From Flaccisagitta enflata (Eukaryota): a stretch of DNA of 64,000 bases. The DNA lies in assembly GCA_965153355.1 (NCBI GenBank), contig OZ231126.1, forward strand, positions 32,984,001 through 33,048,000, read 5' to 3'. Under the pieces are notes generated by a model. That model had not been told where the DNA came from. It worked only from the letters and a program-made list of their open reading frames with translations, and searched no databases. The position numbers were made by a program, and so were the translations under genes. Numbering within the stretch: position 1 is the first letter of the stretch; each line of letters starts with the position of its first letter. Shown piece after piece: positions 45,786 through 60,553 of the stretch.

Positions 45786-47052
45786 GGACACCAAATAGAC
45801 TACAGTCGAGGACTGTTGTTTTTAAGCTTTTTCATATCATAAGACCCTGGGTGAGAAATCCATTTTGTAGTCTTTTTCGCCAGATTGATAACCAACAGCC
45901 CTTGAAACTTCTGCCTAAGTAAAATGTATCCTTGTACCTTTTTACTGTCGAAATTTGCATTCTCTTTATCAAGCATCTTTCACAATATGTAAAACATCAT
46001 TGCAGAGTATACCCTCAAATCTTTATTGACAAACAATATTTGATTTCTCCAGTATCAATGTAGTGCTTGTACAGAATCTTTTGGTTTTGTTCTCCAACCT
46101 GTTCGTATGGCATGAAGCGTAATTTAGAGGGCGTAAAGGGACGGATGAAGAAAAAGGCCAATTAGGCAATCAGGTAAGGAAGACTGCCCAAAAACGACAA
46201 ACGTCAAATAAATACAGTGAAGCACGCGCACGGCTAGAGCATACCCATTTCTAAGGCATACCCGCCTATTAGGCAAAGAACTTGCTGTCCAATGAGACCT
46301 TATGTAATTATATCTATATTGGCAATAAAGACGCTTGACTAGATGGATGTTAGGGAAAACCAATTAACCAAATAGGTATAACAAGTTCGCTGTGCATATA
46401 TTTTTAGGTGCATCTTGGTCGGTAACGCATTTGCATACGGCATACCTACTTGACCTAGCAGGCCCTATTTTGACCATAATCAATCCTAATCAAAAATTCT
46501 TGTCTTACTTGACGAATTTGCAGTACATTAGGGTCAATCTCTCCTCCGTTCCGTGATGTCAACTTTCTAGAGTGTAAGTAACTTCCGTTATCAAAGACTT
46601 AGACACGAAGGTGCTCTACCATACTTTCCATGGCACATTTTTTGTGGCCATCATTGAATCCATCCCTGGAAAACCCATTGACACCTGATGAACCCCTGGC
46701 TGCCAGGGCCTGGCTGGGCTAAGAGATGCATGACTGACTTATAACACAATAAAAGCACCTTTTGAAATAGAGAAACCCTAAAAGTAACATGAAGGGGCTG
46801 TCAAAGGCAAGGATGAACTGACTTACATACCGACCTAAAAGTGGCATAGCAAGCAAGCAATAGAAAGTGAAGTGACACAACACAAGACACAACACAAGAT
46901 ACAAACATTGAGAGATTTTGATTTTGATTGAATTCCATCATATTCCATCATATGTTCCTTCCACGTTTACATAGATGTATTGTTGTCGCATTCTAAACTG
47001 AGATATGACTTGAGTGAAATTAGAAAAGGACTTGAACTAGCATGGTGATGAT

Positions 47053-47137
<85 letters not shown>

Positions 47138-50100
47138 TTAGACCTGTTAAGATCAGCGGATTTAGCATACTTGCTCATGTGTGCTCAGTTTTTCTTTCTC
47201 GTCACCATAAAGGATCTCAAGATGTCAAATAAACATGTAAAGGACCTAAATAGGGAACTTCGATGTTAAACCTGTTAAAATCAGCGAATTTGGCATGCTT
47301 GCTCATGCTTGCTCATGTTTGCTCATGTTTGCTCACTTGCTCTACCTCATTACCATGTAGGGTCTCACGATGTAAAAGCATGTGGAGGAACAGGGAACTT
47401 CGATGTTGAACCTGTTAAAATCAGCGGATTTAGCATACTTGCTCAAGCTTGCTCATGTGTGCTCACTTGCTCTACCTCATCACCATATAGGATCTAAAGA
47501 TGTCAAATAAACATGCGGAGGACCAAAATAGGGAACTTTGCTGTTTATCCTGTTAAAATCAGCAGATTTAGCAGTCTTGCTCATGCTTGCTTATGTGTGC
47601 TCACATGCTCTTTTTTGTCACCATAGAGGGTCTCATGATGTGAAATAAGCATCTGGAGACCATAAATAGGGGATTTTGATGTCAAACCTGTTAAAATCAG
47701 CGGATTTTGATATCAAACCTGTTAAAATCAGCGGATTTAGCATTCTTGCTCATGCTTGCTCATGTATGCTCACTTGCTCTTTTTTGTCACCACAGTGGAT
47801 CTTATGTTGTCAAATAAGCATGTGGAGGACTTAAATAGGTGATTTTGATGTTAAACCTGTTAAAATCAGCGGATTTAGCATTCTTGCTCATGCTTGCTCA
47901 TGCTTGCTCATGTGTGCTCACTTGCTCATTTTTGTCACCATAGAGGTTCTCGTGATGTCAAATAAGCATGTGGAGGACCATTATAGGGGATTTTGATGTT
48001 AAACCCGTTAAAATCAGCGGTTTTAGCATGGTCATAAAAAAAGTGACCCTGCCCCCGCTAAAATCAACGGATTTAACGTAAAAATTTTTTTGCCCCAATT
48101 TTGAGCCCCTTAGGGGCAGGGAGTATCTGAGATTAATGTACCACCATGGTGGGCTCATTAAGGGCCCTTAATGGGCAGAAAATAAAAAAAAATGAAGATG
48201 ACGTATTTTGAGTAAAATTGCATTATTTAATTTTTACTATATAAACTATAGTAAATGTCCTGTTGAAACTGTTGAATTCAACAGAATCAAGAGGGGTCCC
48301 GCTAATTCCAGCGGATTTGATGTCCGCCAGCTGCCATATGTGTGAAAGCATAGGTCATCGACCCCTTTGGGGCCGCTGCCCAAAAAGAAGAAGGGGGAGA
48401 TAAAAAGACGGCGTTAGTTCGCGCATTGCAATTCGGAAAGCTTGACTGTCTATCCATCTGTCTGTCACATTGTCTATCGCGTCTTATGTCTGTCTGTCTG
48501 TGTTCGCCCGTCTGGCCTTACTGTCTCCTTTTTCTCTCATCTTCCCTTCCGTCTGCGCTCCTTCCTCTGTCTTTCTCTTCCTGTGCCCGTTCAATTCTTT
48601 GGTTGTGCATGCTAATCTGTTTGTGTGCGTACATCTGTATATCTCTGTACGTGTTTCTGTGCGCCTCTGTACGTGTTGGCCGCTTTCCTGTCTTTTTCTT
48701 GCGTGTATGGTAAGGGGGCAAGCTGATAGGGCTAAACTACTCCCAATGCCGCACCCTCGTTTTTTTTTTCACCAGATCGATTCTGCGGCTTCGGTTGGAA
48801 TCATATTTTGGAGAAAAAGAAAAGAGTCTGTCTGTCCTGTAGTCTGTCTGGTTTGGGTTGCCGGGTGCTTATTTGTTTTTTCCGTCTGTTTTGTTTTGTC
48901 TTTGCTTTGATTTATTTTTTCTGTGCACTCTTTTCTACCCTCTCCCCTTCTGTCCGTTGGTCTGATTTGTCCTTTTTCGGCCCGTCTGTTCCATTTGCTG
49001 TCACATGTCTGTCCTTATACTTTCGGCCGTTATCGCCTCTGTCCGTCTCTTTCGCTGTCGATGCTCGGGTTGGGCATCTTTCCCATTCTTTCTCTTTCTT
49101 TTCCCTTTCTTTTTAGTTGCGGACACGCAACTCTATAAGAGGCTTTGTCCGTCCGTTGGTCGGTCGGTCCGTCGGTCCGTCGGTCGGTCCGTGGACACGA
49201 GTCGAAAAGTGAGGAAATGAGCGTTTTAGAACATTTTCAATTGCGGACAGTTGCATTTCCGCCCCTGCCCACCCGTCCGCAACTAATGGCCATGTATCCG
49301 GCCTTGTTTCTCTTTTCCTTATTTCCTTCCTTTTCTCTCTTTTCTCTCTTTTCTCTCTTTTCTCTCCTTTTTCTTTTCTCTCTTCTCGGTCCGTCTTCTT
49401 CTTTCTCTCCCCTCTGTCTCCTCTGTTTGCACCTTGGCGGCTCTGCCGGGGGTGACGCTGTGGTTTGTATGTATCAATCTGTCTGTCCGTTAGCCTATTT
49501 GGCCCATTTCATCTTGGGTCTCGACGATGGCCGGGAGATTGGGGCTCGACATTGGCCCTCTTTACTTTCTCAGAATCAAAACAGGCCCCAAACCCCAGGT
49601 AGCACACCTAACTCAAGGCCTAGGTTCAGAGTTTGAGGTGCTGCATGAGGGGAATCCTAGTAGCTGGAATCTCTGAGCAAAGGCTCAGACATGTGTAAAG
49701 AAAAGCGCCGCTGGGGAAGCCTAAAAAGGGGTATTACCCTGCACCTTTCAATGATTTTGAAAAAAGTTAATCATTTGAATTTTTTTTCTAAAGCTTAAGC
49801 GGAAAGGCAAAAACAATTTCTATGAAGGGAACCACAAGACAACAACTCCCTTCCTCGATTTTTCAGCAGTTTTCAATGTTTAAGCATGTAATTTCCTTAT
49901 AATTTAGCATCAGAGACTGTTATGAAGTTAAAATCAAATAAGAAAAAAACGGCGGCATATGAATTCCAGTATGATTCAAGCTTGGGAAATTTAGGCCAAC
50001 TCAAGGAGGTGCTTCGATCACCCCCCCCCTTTGCCATCACGAACCAGTGACCTGTGCGGGAAGCTGCTCGCTTTTGGCGGGCGCAAATTGGACGGGAAAA

Positions 50101-53100
50101 TGGAAAGTTGGTGTTGACGCTGTTGACAGATTTTGGGCCTCACCGCGCGGTTACTTTTTGACCCATACAGATCCTGGTCTCTTTGGCCGCCTGTCAGTTC
50201 TGTTTTGTCTGTCACTATCTGACTTTATCCTTTCTCTTTTTTCTCTTTCTTCTTCCCTCTTCGCACTCATTCGTGTCTTTATCCATCGGCGGACGTTTTT
50301 TTTTGTTTTATTTGGCGTTCGTTCGTTTCGTTCGTTTGTCTTGTTTTTTTTTGTTTTTTTTTTGTCTGTCTGTATGTCACATTCCGATGGCTATTTGTGA
50401 ATAGTCGGTCCATCCGGCCATCTCTCTCCTGGCCCTCCTCTTCTGTCTGCTTTTATCTGTTCTCTCCCTAAACCCCCCCCCCCCCCATAGTTCATCTGAC
50501 AAATGACCAGCCCGTGGTACTTCCTCTGAAAGGGACTAGTCCCACGGATTTGTCTATGTTTGTCTCTCTGATTTTGTCTGTTTTTTTCCCTTGTTCGTCA
50601 GCATGTCTTTGCGTTCGTTTATATTTTTTTTCTCCCCTGCCAATCTTTCGACCCGTTTTTCTCGATTCGGCGGCTTCGGTCGGAATCGTACGTCGGACAG
50701 AGAAGGAGAGAATTGAAAGGGAAAAAAATAGAGGGAAATGCGTTGTTCCTTCCTCGTCATAAGCTAAATGTTGCAAGGGACATAAAGCTCTTCCCTAGTG
50801 ACAAGGAAAACATCGTATTTAAAAAGTACACACCAAATTCTGCGCATCTCTCCAGCTTCTTCGTTCCCGTTGGTCACCCAAAGAATATAGAGAAAATAAT
50901 TCTTGATTCTCTATCGATTCTGTCGTGAAACATTTGGTAGTGAACAGGTAAGTGAAGCGGGAAAGAATGTCAATGGATAGAACTGGGTAGACAAGTAGAC
51001 AGAGGGTGTGTTTCTAGTGACCGCCAAAAACGCGTTTGTTCCTGTGAAACGCGATCACAGCGTGAACACATATTCAAGAATTTCAACTGTCCCACGAGGG
51101 AGTGAGCGAAGTGAGTGAGCGAGCCCGTGAACGGATCAAACGAAGCGAGCATAGCGGAGCGAGTATAGCGAGCATAGCAAACGGAGCGCTGCAGAGTGAA
51201 GGGGCGGAGTGAGCTATGCGAGCAAAGAACATAATGAGCGACCGAGTGGCCCGTTCAAAACGCGATTGTCTCTGACTAGAAACGCCCCCAGATAGACAGA
51301 AACTAAACAAGTGACGCGGGGTCACAATATTGTTGCAGACGGGTGGGCAGGGGTATCCAACCCCCAGCCTCACCCCAACCACAGCCCCAACCCCCCTCCA
51401 ACACACTCACCCACAAACAAAACCAACTAAACAACAAAACCACCCTGAATACACGTTTTTCGCGTTTTCAATGCGAGCGTAACATCTCAAGCGTGACAGA
51501 CCGACAGACCAATGGACCAACGGACAAAGCCTCTTATAGAGTTGCATGTCCGCAATTAAAAACAGATCAAGAGATATATATTGTCCTTTATTTGATACTT
51601 ACTTTCTTCATTTTTAAATTGAAACAATTTGGTCATCAAAAGACAGAAAACTGAAAATATGCCAAAATTGAGCAAAATATGCGCATTCTGGGCCAAAATG
51701 CGCGTGCAGGGCCACTTTCACGTAACAAAAGTGGTCATAATCCCCTCAGACCATTCCCATCGAATTCTACAGCCTCATTTTAGTCAGTTTCAACGAGAAA
51801 ATAACGTTTTTTATCCTTTACAGAGTTGAAAAAGCAAAAAAATGGCCAAAATGCTGATTACGGGGCCCATATGCTCGATCAGGGCCGGGGCACACTGGCC
51901 CTAAATGACCACCTATCAAGCTCTTAGGCCTATCTCAACTCTATCCACCCATAACCACCACCTTCCACCATCACACTGGCCCTAAATGACCACCTATCAA
52001 GCTCTTAGGCCTATCTCAACTCTATCCACCCATAACCACCACCTTCCACCACCGGGGGCGGTGCGGGATCCTGTCAGATTTCGCCATTTTAGACCTCAGA
52101 ATCGGATTCTACGGGTCGAAAACCTTGGAATATGTTTCATGGTATCACTTATTGTAAAAACTTTGACTTTTGTCGACTTTTTGAGCCCAGTTAGTGACAT
52201 ACAGACAGACAAAAAAAAAACAAAAAAAAAAAAAACAAGACAAACGAACGAAACGAACGAACGCCAAATAAAACAAAAAAAAACGTCCGCCGATGGATAA
52301 AGACACGAATGAGTGCGAAGAGGGAAGAAGAAAGAGAAAAAAGAGAAAGGATAAAGTCAGATAGTGACAGACAAAACAGAACTGACAGGCGGCCAAAGAG
52401 ACCAGGATCTGTATGGGTCAAAAAGTAACCGCGCGGTGAGGCCCAAAATCTGTCAACAGCGTCAACACCAACTTTCCATTTTCCCGTCCAATTTGCGCCC
52501 GCCAAAAGCGAGCAGCTTCCCGCACAGGTCACTGGTTCGTGATGGCAAAGGGGGGGGGGTGATCGAAGCACCTCCTTGAGTTGGCCTAAATTTCCCAAGC
52601 TTGAATCATACTGTAATTCATATGCCGCCGTTTTTTTCTTATTTGATTTTAACTTCATAACAGTGTCTGATGCGAAATTATAAGGAAATTACATGCTTAA
52701 ACATTGAAAACTGCTGAAAAATTGAGGAAGGGAGTTGTTGTCTTGTGGTTCCCTTCAATAGAAATTGTTTTTGCCTTTCCGCTTAAGCTTTAGAAAAAAA
52801 AATTCAAATGATTAACTTTTTTCAAAATCATTGAAAGGTGCAGGGTAATACCCCTTTTTAGGCTTCCCCAGCGGCGCTTTTCTTTACACATGTCTGAGCC
52901 TTTGCTCAGAGATTCCAGCTACTAGGATTCCCCTCATGCAGCACCTCAAACTCTGAACCTAGGCCTTGAGTTAGGTGTGCTACCTGGGGTTTGGGGCCTG
53001 TTTTGATTCTGAGAAAGTAAAGAGGGCCAATATCGAGCCCCAATCTCCCGGCCATCGTTTTATCCCCATTCATGGACAGGAAAGGCGCAGATGTATCCGT

Positions 53101-55050
53101 ACATTGGCCACCGCCGGAATAAGCCACGTCGAGACTCAAGATGAAATGGGCCAAATAGTTTAACGGACAGACAGATTGATACATACAAACCACAGCGTCA
53201 CCCCCGGCAGAGCCACCAAGGTGCAAACAGAGGAGACAGAGGGGAGAGAAAGAAGAAGACGGACCGAGAAGAGAGAAAAGAAAAAGGAGAGAAAAGAGAG
53301 AAAAGAGAGAAAAGAGAGAAAAGGAAGGAAATAAGGAAAAGAGAAACAAGGCCGGATACACTGTCCGCAATTGAAAATGTTCTAAAACGCTCATTTCCTC
53401 ACTTTTCGACTCGTGTCCACGGACCGACCGACGGACCGACGGACGGACCGACCGACCGACCAACGGACGGACAAAGCCTCTTATAGAGTTGCGTGTCCGC
53501 AACTAAAAAGAAAGGGAAAAGAAAGAGAAAGAATGGGAAAGATGCCCAACCCGAGCATCGACGGCGAAAGAGACGGACAGAGGCGATAACGGCAGAAAGT
53601 ATAAGGACAGACATGTGACAGCAAATGGAACAGACGGGCCGAAAAAGGACAAATCAGACCAACGGACAGAAGGGGAGAGGGTAGAAAAGAGTGCACAGAA
53701 AAAATAAATCAAAGCAAAGACAAAACAAAACAGACGGAAAAAACAAATAAGCACCCGGCAACCCAAACCAGACAGACTACAGGACAGACAGACTCTTTTC
53801 TTTTTCTCCAAAATATGATTCCAACCGAAGCCGCAGAATCGATCTGGTGAAAAAAAAAACGAGGGTGCGGCATTGGGAGTAGTTTAGCCCTATCAGCTTG
53901 CCCCCTTACCATACACGCAAGAAAAAGACAGGAAAGCGGCCAACACGTACAGAGGCGCACAGAAACACGTACAGAGATATACAGATGTACGCACACAAAC
54001 AGATTAGCATGCACAACCAAAGAATTGAACGGGCACAGGAAGAGAAAGACAGAGGAAGGAGCGCAGACGGAAGGGAAGATGAGAGAAAAAGGAGACAGTA
54101 AGGCCAGACGGGCGAACACAGACAGACAGACATAAGACGCGATAGACAATGTGACAGACAGATGGATAGACAGTCAAGCTTTCCGAATTGCAATGCGCGA
54201 ACTAACGCCGTCTTTTTATCTCCCCCTTCTTCTTTTTGGGCAGCGGCCCCAAAGGGGTCGATGACCTATGCTTTCACACATATGGGGGATTTTCTCCTTC
54301 TCCTTCTCCTCCTACGTCCCCCCCCCCCTCAAATCCCAGTCTCAAGGACCAAATTCCGGTCTCGAGGCTCAAATCCCAGTTTTGAGGCCCACATCCCAGC
54401 CTCAAGGCCCAAATCCTAGCCTCAAGGCCTAAATCCTAGCCTGGAGGCCCAGATTTCAGTCTTGAGGCCCAAATCTCAGCCTCAATGTTAAAATCTCAGC
54501 CAAGAGGCCCAGATCTTGTCCTTGAGGCCCAAAACTCAGCCTCCAGGCTGGGATTTAGGCCTTTAGGCTAGGATTTGGGCCTTGAGGCTGGGATGTGGGC
54601 CTCAAAACTGGGATTTGAGCCTCGAGACCGGAATTTGGTCCTCGAGACTGGGATTTGAGGGGGGGAGGACGGAGGAGGAAAATCCCCCATATGTGTGAAA
54701 GCATAGGTCATCGACCTTTTCGGGACCGCTGCCCTGCTCCCCCCTCAACTTCAACCACAACCTACTTAGGCAGGGCACGGGTACCGCTGACCATCTAACG
54801 CTTTTGCGACTATTCTCATTTCTCCCTCCTCGTCGTTGAAGAACACGATCCTCCCTAAACTTTGCCTGACTGTCTGTCTGTCTGTTTATCTTTCTGTCTG
54901 TCTTTCTTGTCTTGTATGGTTTTTTCGTTTGTCTTTCAGTAAGTTGCTTGCCAGTTAATCTCAAAACAAAAACGTATAAGCGCATATTTAAAAAGAAACA
55001 CGCGAAAGAATCGCGCAAACGGAAGGATGATTGTTTGAATATAGACTGGC

Positions 55051-55082
<32 letters not shown>

Positions 55083-58000
55083 TTAGATAATGACCTCAAG
55101 ACAAGGAAAACGTCTATCTTACAGTTGAGAGATAAAAATCTCTTTTTGTACTGAAACCTTTGCTTGTATAAAGGGGAAAATGAAAAAAAAACGCAAAAAT
55201 TACATGAAATATGCTTGCCACGGGGCCACGATGCTCGTTTGGGGCCGGTTCCACCCTGATATAGTGGTCAAAAAACCCTCAGGCGATTACTATTGAATTC
55301 TACAGCCTCATTTTAGTCTGTTATCATGAGAAAACAACGTAGTTTCCCTATAGAGAGAGAGAAAAAAGCCTAAAAAATGGCCAAAATGCTGATTACGGGG
55401 CCCATATGCTCGATCAGGTCCGGGGGCGGTGCGGGATCCCGTCAGATTTCGCCATTTTTTACCTCAGAATCGGATTCTACGGGTCGAAAACCTTAGAATA
55501 TGTTTCATGGTATCGCCTGTGACATTCCATTGACCTTCTGAGCCCAGTTAGTATGTCACATTCCGATGGCTATTTGTGAATAGTCGGTCCATCCGGCCAT
55601 CTCTCTCCTGGCCCTCCTCTTCTGTCTGCTTTTATCTGTTCTCTCCCTAAACCCCCCCCCCATAGTTCATCTGACAAATGACCAGCCCGTGGTACTTCCT
55701 CTGAAAGGGACTAGTCCCACGGATTTGTCTATGTTTGTCTCTCTGATTTTGTCTGTTTTTTTCCCTTGTTCGTCAGCATGTCTTTGCGTTCGTTTATATT
55801 TTTTTTCTCCCCTGCCAATCTTTCGACCCGTTTTTCTCGATTCGGCGGCTTCGGTCGGAATCGTACGTCGGACAGAGAAGGAGAGAATTGAAAGGGAAAA
55901 AAATAGAGGGAAATGCGTTGTTCCTTCCTCGTCATAAGCTAAATGTTGCAAGGGACATAAAGCTCTTCCCTAGTGACAAGGAAAACATCGTATTTAAAAA
56001 GTACACACCAAATTCTGCGCATCTCTCCAGCTTCTTAGTTCCCGTTGGTCACCCAAAGAATATAGAGAAAATAATTCTTGATTCTCTATCGATTCTGTCG
56101 TGAAACATTTGGTAGTGAACAGGTAAGTGAAGCGGGAAAGAATGTCAATGGATAGAACTGGGTAGACAAGTAGACAGAGGGTGTGTTTCTAGTGACCGCC
56201 AAAAACGCGTTTGTTCCTGTGAAACGCGATCACAGCGTGAACACATATTCAAGAATTTCAACTGTCCCACGAGGGAGTGAGCGAAGTGAGTGAGCGAGCC
56301 CGTGAACGGATCAAACGAAGCGAGCATAGCGGAGCGAGTATAGCGAGCATAGCAAACGGAGCGCTGCAGAGTGAAGGGGCGGAGTGAGCTATGCGAGCAA
56401 AGAACATAATGAGCGACCGAGTGGCCCGTTCAAAACGCGATTGTCTCTGACTAGAAACGCCCCCAGATAGACAGAAACTAAACAAGTGACGCGGGGTCAC
56501 AATATTGTTGCAGACGGGTGGGCAGGGGTATCCAACCCCCAGCCTCACCCCAACCACAGCCCCAACCCCCCTCCAACACACTCACCCACAAACAAAACCA
56601 ACTAAACAACAAAACCACCCTGAATACACGTTTTTCGCGTTTTCAATACGAGCGTAACATCTCAAGCGTGAGAGACCAACAGACCAATAGACCAACGGAC
56701 AAAGCCTCTTATAGAGTTGCATGTCCGCAATTAAAAACAGATCAAGAGATATATATTGTCCTTTATTTGATACTTACTTTCTTCATTTTTAAATTGAAAC
56801 AATTTGGTCATCAAAAGACAGAAAACTGAAAATATGCCAAAATTGAGCAAAATATGCGCATTCTGGGCCAAAATGCGCGTGCAGGGCCACTTTCACGTAA
56901 CAAAAGTGGTCATAATCCCCTCAGACCATTCCCATCGAATTCTACAGCCTCATTTCAGTCGGTTTCAACGAGAAAATAACGTTTTTTATCCTTTACAGAG
57001 TTGAAAAAGCAAAAAAATGGCCAAAATGCTCTTAGGCCTATCTCAACTCTATCCACCCATAACCACCACCTTCCACCGCCGGGGGCGGTGCGGGATCCTG
57101 TCAGATTTCGCCATTTTAGACCTCAGAATCGGATTCTACGGGTCGAAAACCTTGGAATATGTTTCATGGTATCACTTATTGTAAAAACTTTGACTTTTGT
57201 CGACTTTTTGAGCCCAGTTAAATCCTATATACATCAAATCAATGGTCTGAGATTAATTTTCTTTTATAGCACTATGACATTTTTTGTGTTAAGATTTCAT
57301 TGGTTTAGCTAAAATGGTAAGTCCACAACATCAATTCTAGCATTAAATCTAGTGATATTTTCAAATTTGATTTTTTTGAAATTCCTCTCATCTTTCAATG
57401 GCTTGAACTACAGTTGCCTGATTGGTCTCAAATCAAAGATATTTGAATACTATTTCATTTGCAACCAATCTGGAGTCTTAAGCTCAAGTTAATTTATAAT
57501 AAAAACAATCAAAAATTTTTTTTGAAAATTAAACAAGATTTTAAGCTAAAACTGAAAACGATTGTTTTACTTCAAATTGATATTGCAGACGAACTATTAG
57601 AGCGTAACTAATGAAATTTTTCCACAAAAAACGTCAAACATAGTACAGTGGAGCACCGCTAAAGCGCATCCGCTAATAAAGCATGCTTGATTATAAGGCA
57701 TAACAGTTACTGTCTTATCAGAGATTTTGCAGTTATTTTCATATTTGCAATAAGGCAGATTCACGATAAGACATAATTTTGCTCAGTCCCTTGAAATGCG
57801 CTATTGTGAAGCTCCACGGTACTTAGAAAAAAAAAGGATCCCACACCATAAACTTGATTCATATAGGATTGTCAGCTTAATATTTTTCCAACTTTGAGTT
57901 TGATAACTTGGTATGACTGAGCTAAATGAGCTAGACTAGCTGAAATACTCAAAATCAGTCTCACAGATGAGCAGTTTTATTGATTCACATACCTCAAAAC

Positions 58001-58529
58001 TTTTTGATCGCAGTAAGAGAAAATAGACTTAAGTCAAGGTGCACACAAAGGGGCAATTTCTATGTTCAAATTATATTTTAGAAAACATTTAAATGTTTAA
58101 TTTACAATTTTTGAAAAAATAAGAAATTGTATCATTACTTCATATTATTCATATACTCATAAGCATCCACACAGTTGAGCAGCTATACTCATAAACATGT
58201 TTTTTTTTTTGTATCTACATGCTCAAACATGCATCAGTACTCGCCCACTATGAAAACGCAGTTTTTCATAGAATAGCTCTCTATCGAAGAAATATGACTC
58301 AAAATCATAAGAATAAATGGTCCATAACAAAAATTTGGCCATAGGGCTTTTATAAAGTGTGCCCGCCACATACCCCATTTCCCATTATTAAAGATAGAAA
58401 ACTCTGCAGACCAAAATCCTCCAGCACATTTCTTATGGGATATGGGGGTGGTGGCGGGCACACTTTAGAGGAGCCTCAAGGTCAAATTTCAGTGTTGTAC
58501 CATCTACAATCTATATACATCTATCTACA

Positions 58530-59890
58530 TCTATATCAGACATTCTTTTATGCCCCCATATTCATGGCAGTGGCCCGGTTCGCGATCAAATTGGTACTTT
58601 GTGGTATCAAAAAGCAATTTCAGGTCTTGTTGAGGATTTTCTACCTTCCCTGGAGTAGCGGATTTGGTTTTACTACCATGGGTAATAAGTGGTTGTTGGG
58701 AAAATGTCCAATTTTGGTCACTTTGGCCTCAAATTTAGGCCACTTTGCCTTAGAAATCGAACCTAAAATCCATAAGATTAATAAACTAGAGCTCAAGAGC
58801 TAACCAGTGGTGCAATCCGCATGTTTTTATCTTTTTTCGTTTAGATTTTAGAGGGTTTTAAAGATGGGGCTTGTGAGCGTTTTTTTGCATCATGAAATTT
58901 GGGGGAAAATTTGACAATTTTCATGTTTTTTACTATATCGTAGCCTTGGATTGACGAATCTTTAAAAAATTGGTGACCAAATTGAAGAGTTTTTGATGCT
59001 CTAACTGATTCTGAAAAAAATTTTGATGGATATGGACCCAGAAAATTTTTATTTACTCTCAAAGCAGGTGAAAAAAGTCAAATTTTAATGTCATCTAGGC
59101 TATTTCTCTTTGAAAAATTAGGCCACTTCCATACTGAAAACTGACTTAAAATCCATGAGCAAATCAAACTACTGCGCAAGAGCTTTTCAGTGGTGCAATC
59201 GGCATGTTTAGATGTTGCTGCATTTATATTTTACAGAACTTCAAAGATATGAGGGTATGGTCAAATGATGATTTTATCTTTGAAGTTTTATAAAATCTAA
59301 ATGGAACAACATCTGAACACCACTGAATAGCTCTTGAGCAGCAGTTTGATTTGCTCATGAATTTTAGGTCAATTTTCAGTTTGGAACTGGCCTAATTTTT
59401 AAAAGAAATAGCCTAAATGACATTAAAATTTATTTTTCACCTGCTTTGAGAGAAATAAGTTTTCTGAGTATATCGATCAAAAATTTTCCAGAATCAGTTA
59501 GAGCAAAAAACTCAATTTGGTCACCAATTAGAATTTGTCAATCAAGGCTGCGATATAGTGAAAAATATAAAATTGTCAAATTTTCCCCCAATTTCATGAT
59601 GCAAAAAATGCTAAATCATTAAAAACTCTCTAAAATCTAGACGAAAGATAAAAAATGGTTGCACTGGTGCTCTTGAGCTCTAGTTGTAATCTCATGGATT
59701 AGGTTCGATTTCTAATTTAATTTGAAAATGTGAAAAGATTTTTCCCAACATCCACTTATTACCCATGTAGTAACAAAACCGCTACTCCAGGGAAGGAAAA
59801 ATCCTCAACAAGACCTGAAATGCTTTTTAATACCACAAAATACCAATTGAGCTCAACACACTATCAGTATGGACATAACAAACGTCTGAT
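58530..59890. mobile_element. Foldback element related to 11738-15434
   Basis: Long imperfect inverted arms centred near 59250 that share AAACTAGAGCTCAAGAGCTAACCAGT with 11738-15434; ends approximate. Confidence 0.7.
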
Positions 59891-59990
59891 CTATATACAT
59901 GATTTCGAGCCAGATTCCTTGGATAGAGAGCCTCACCATGAAAAAGTGTATTGTTAAAGTGGACTAATCAGTTCTCTTTTATTGTTCCTA

Positions 59991-60553
59991 CAGTAGATCT
60001 CGTCTAGACTTGAGATAACGGGGGCAAGCATTGTGGAAAGATAAATGAAGGCAGGGGAGCGATATTTAGATCATAGACTAATCAAAGGATGCTTAATTCC
60101 CCATGATAGCTGGTTGCTATGGAAACACATTTCTATGTATTTTCGCTAAATTATCGATATTTTGAGAGATTTTTTTAGGGAATATTGCTTAAAATAGAAT
60201 TTGCTACAATTTTCCCACAGTATGTTCTGTAAGAATGTCGCTCGTTTGGCCGTTGCTAGGGAGCGTATCCATGTGTGACAACCCCTAGCAACCGCTAAAC
60301 GAGCGACATTCTTACAGAACATACTGTGGGAAAATTGTTGCAAATTTTATTTTAAGCAATGTTCCTTAAAAAAATCTCTGAAAATATTGATACTTTAGCA
60401 AGAATACATGGAAATGTGTTTCCATAGCAACCAGCTATCATAGGCAATAAAGCATCCCATTATCAATCTATATTTAAAATATCACTCCCCTAGCTTCATT
60501 TGTTTTCCTACAATGCTTGCCCCCGTTATCTCAAGTCTAGACGAGATCTACTG
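59991..60553. mobile_element. Tc1/mariner-pogo-type palindromic MITE
   Basis: TA|CAGTAGATCTCGTCTAGACTTGAG...CTCAAGTCTAGACGAGATCTACTG|TA; nearly the whole element folds back. Confidence 0.88.
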
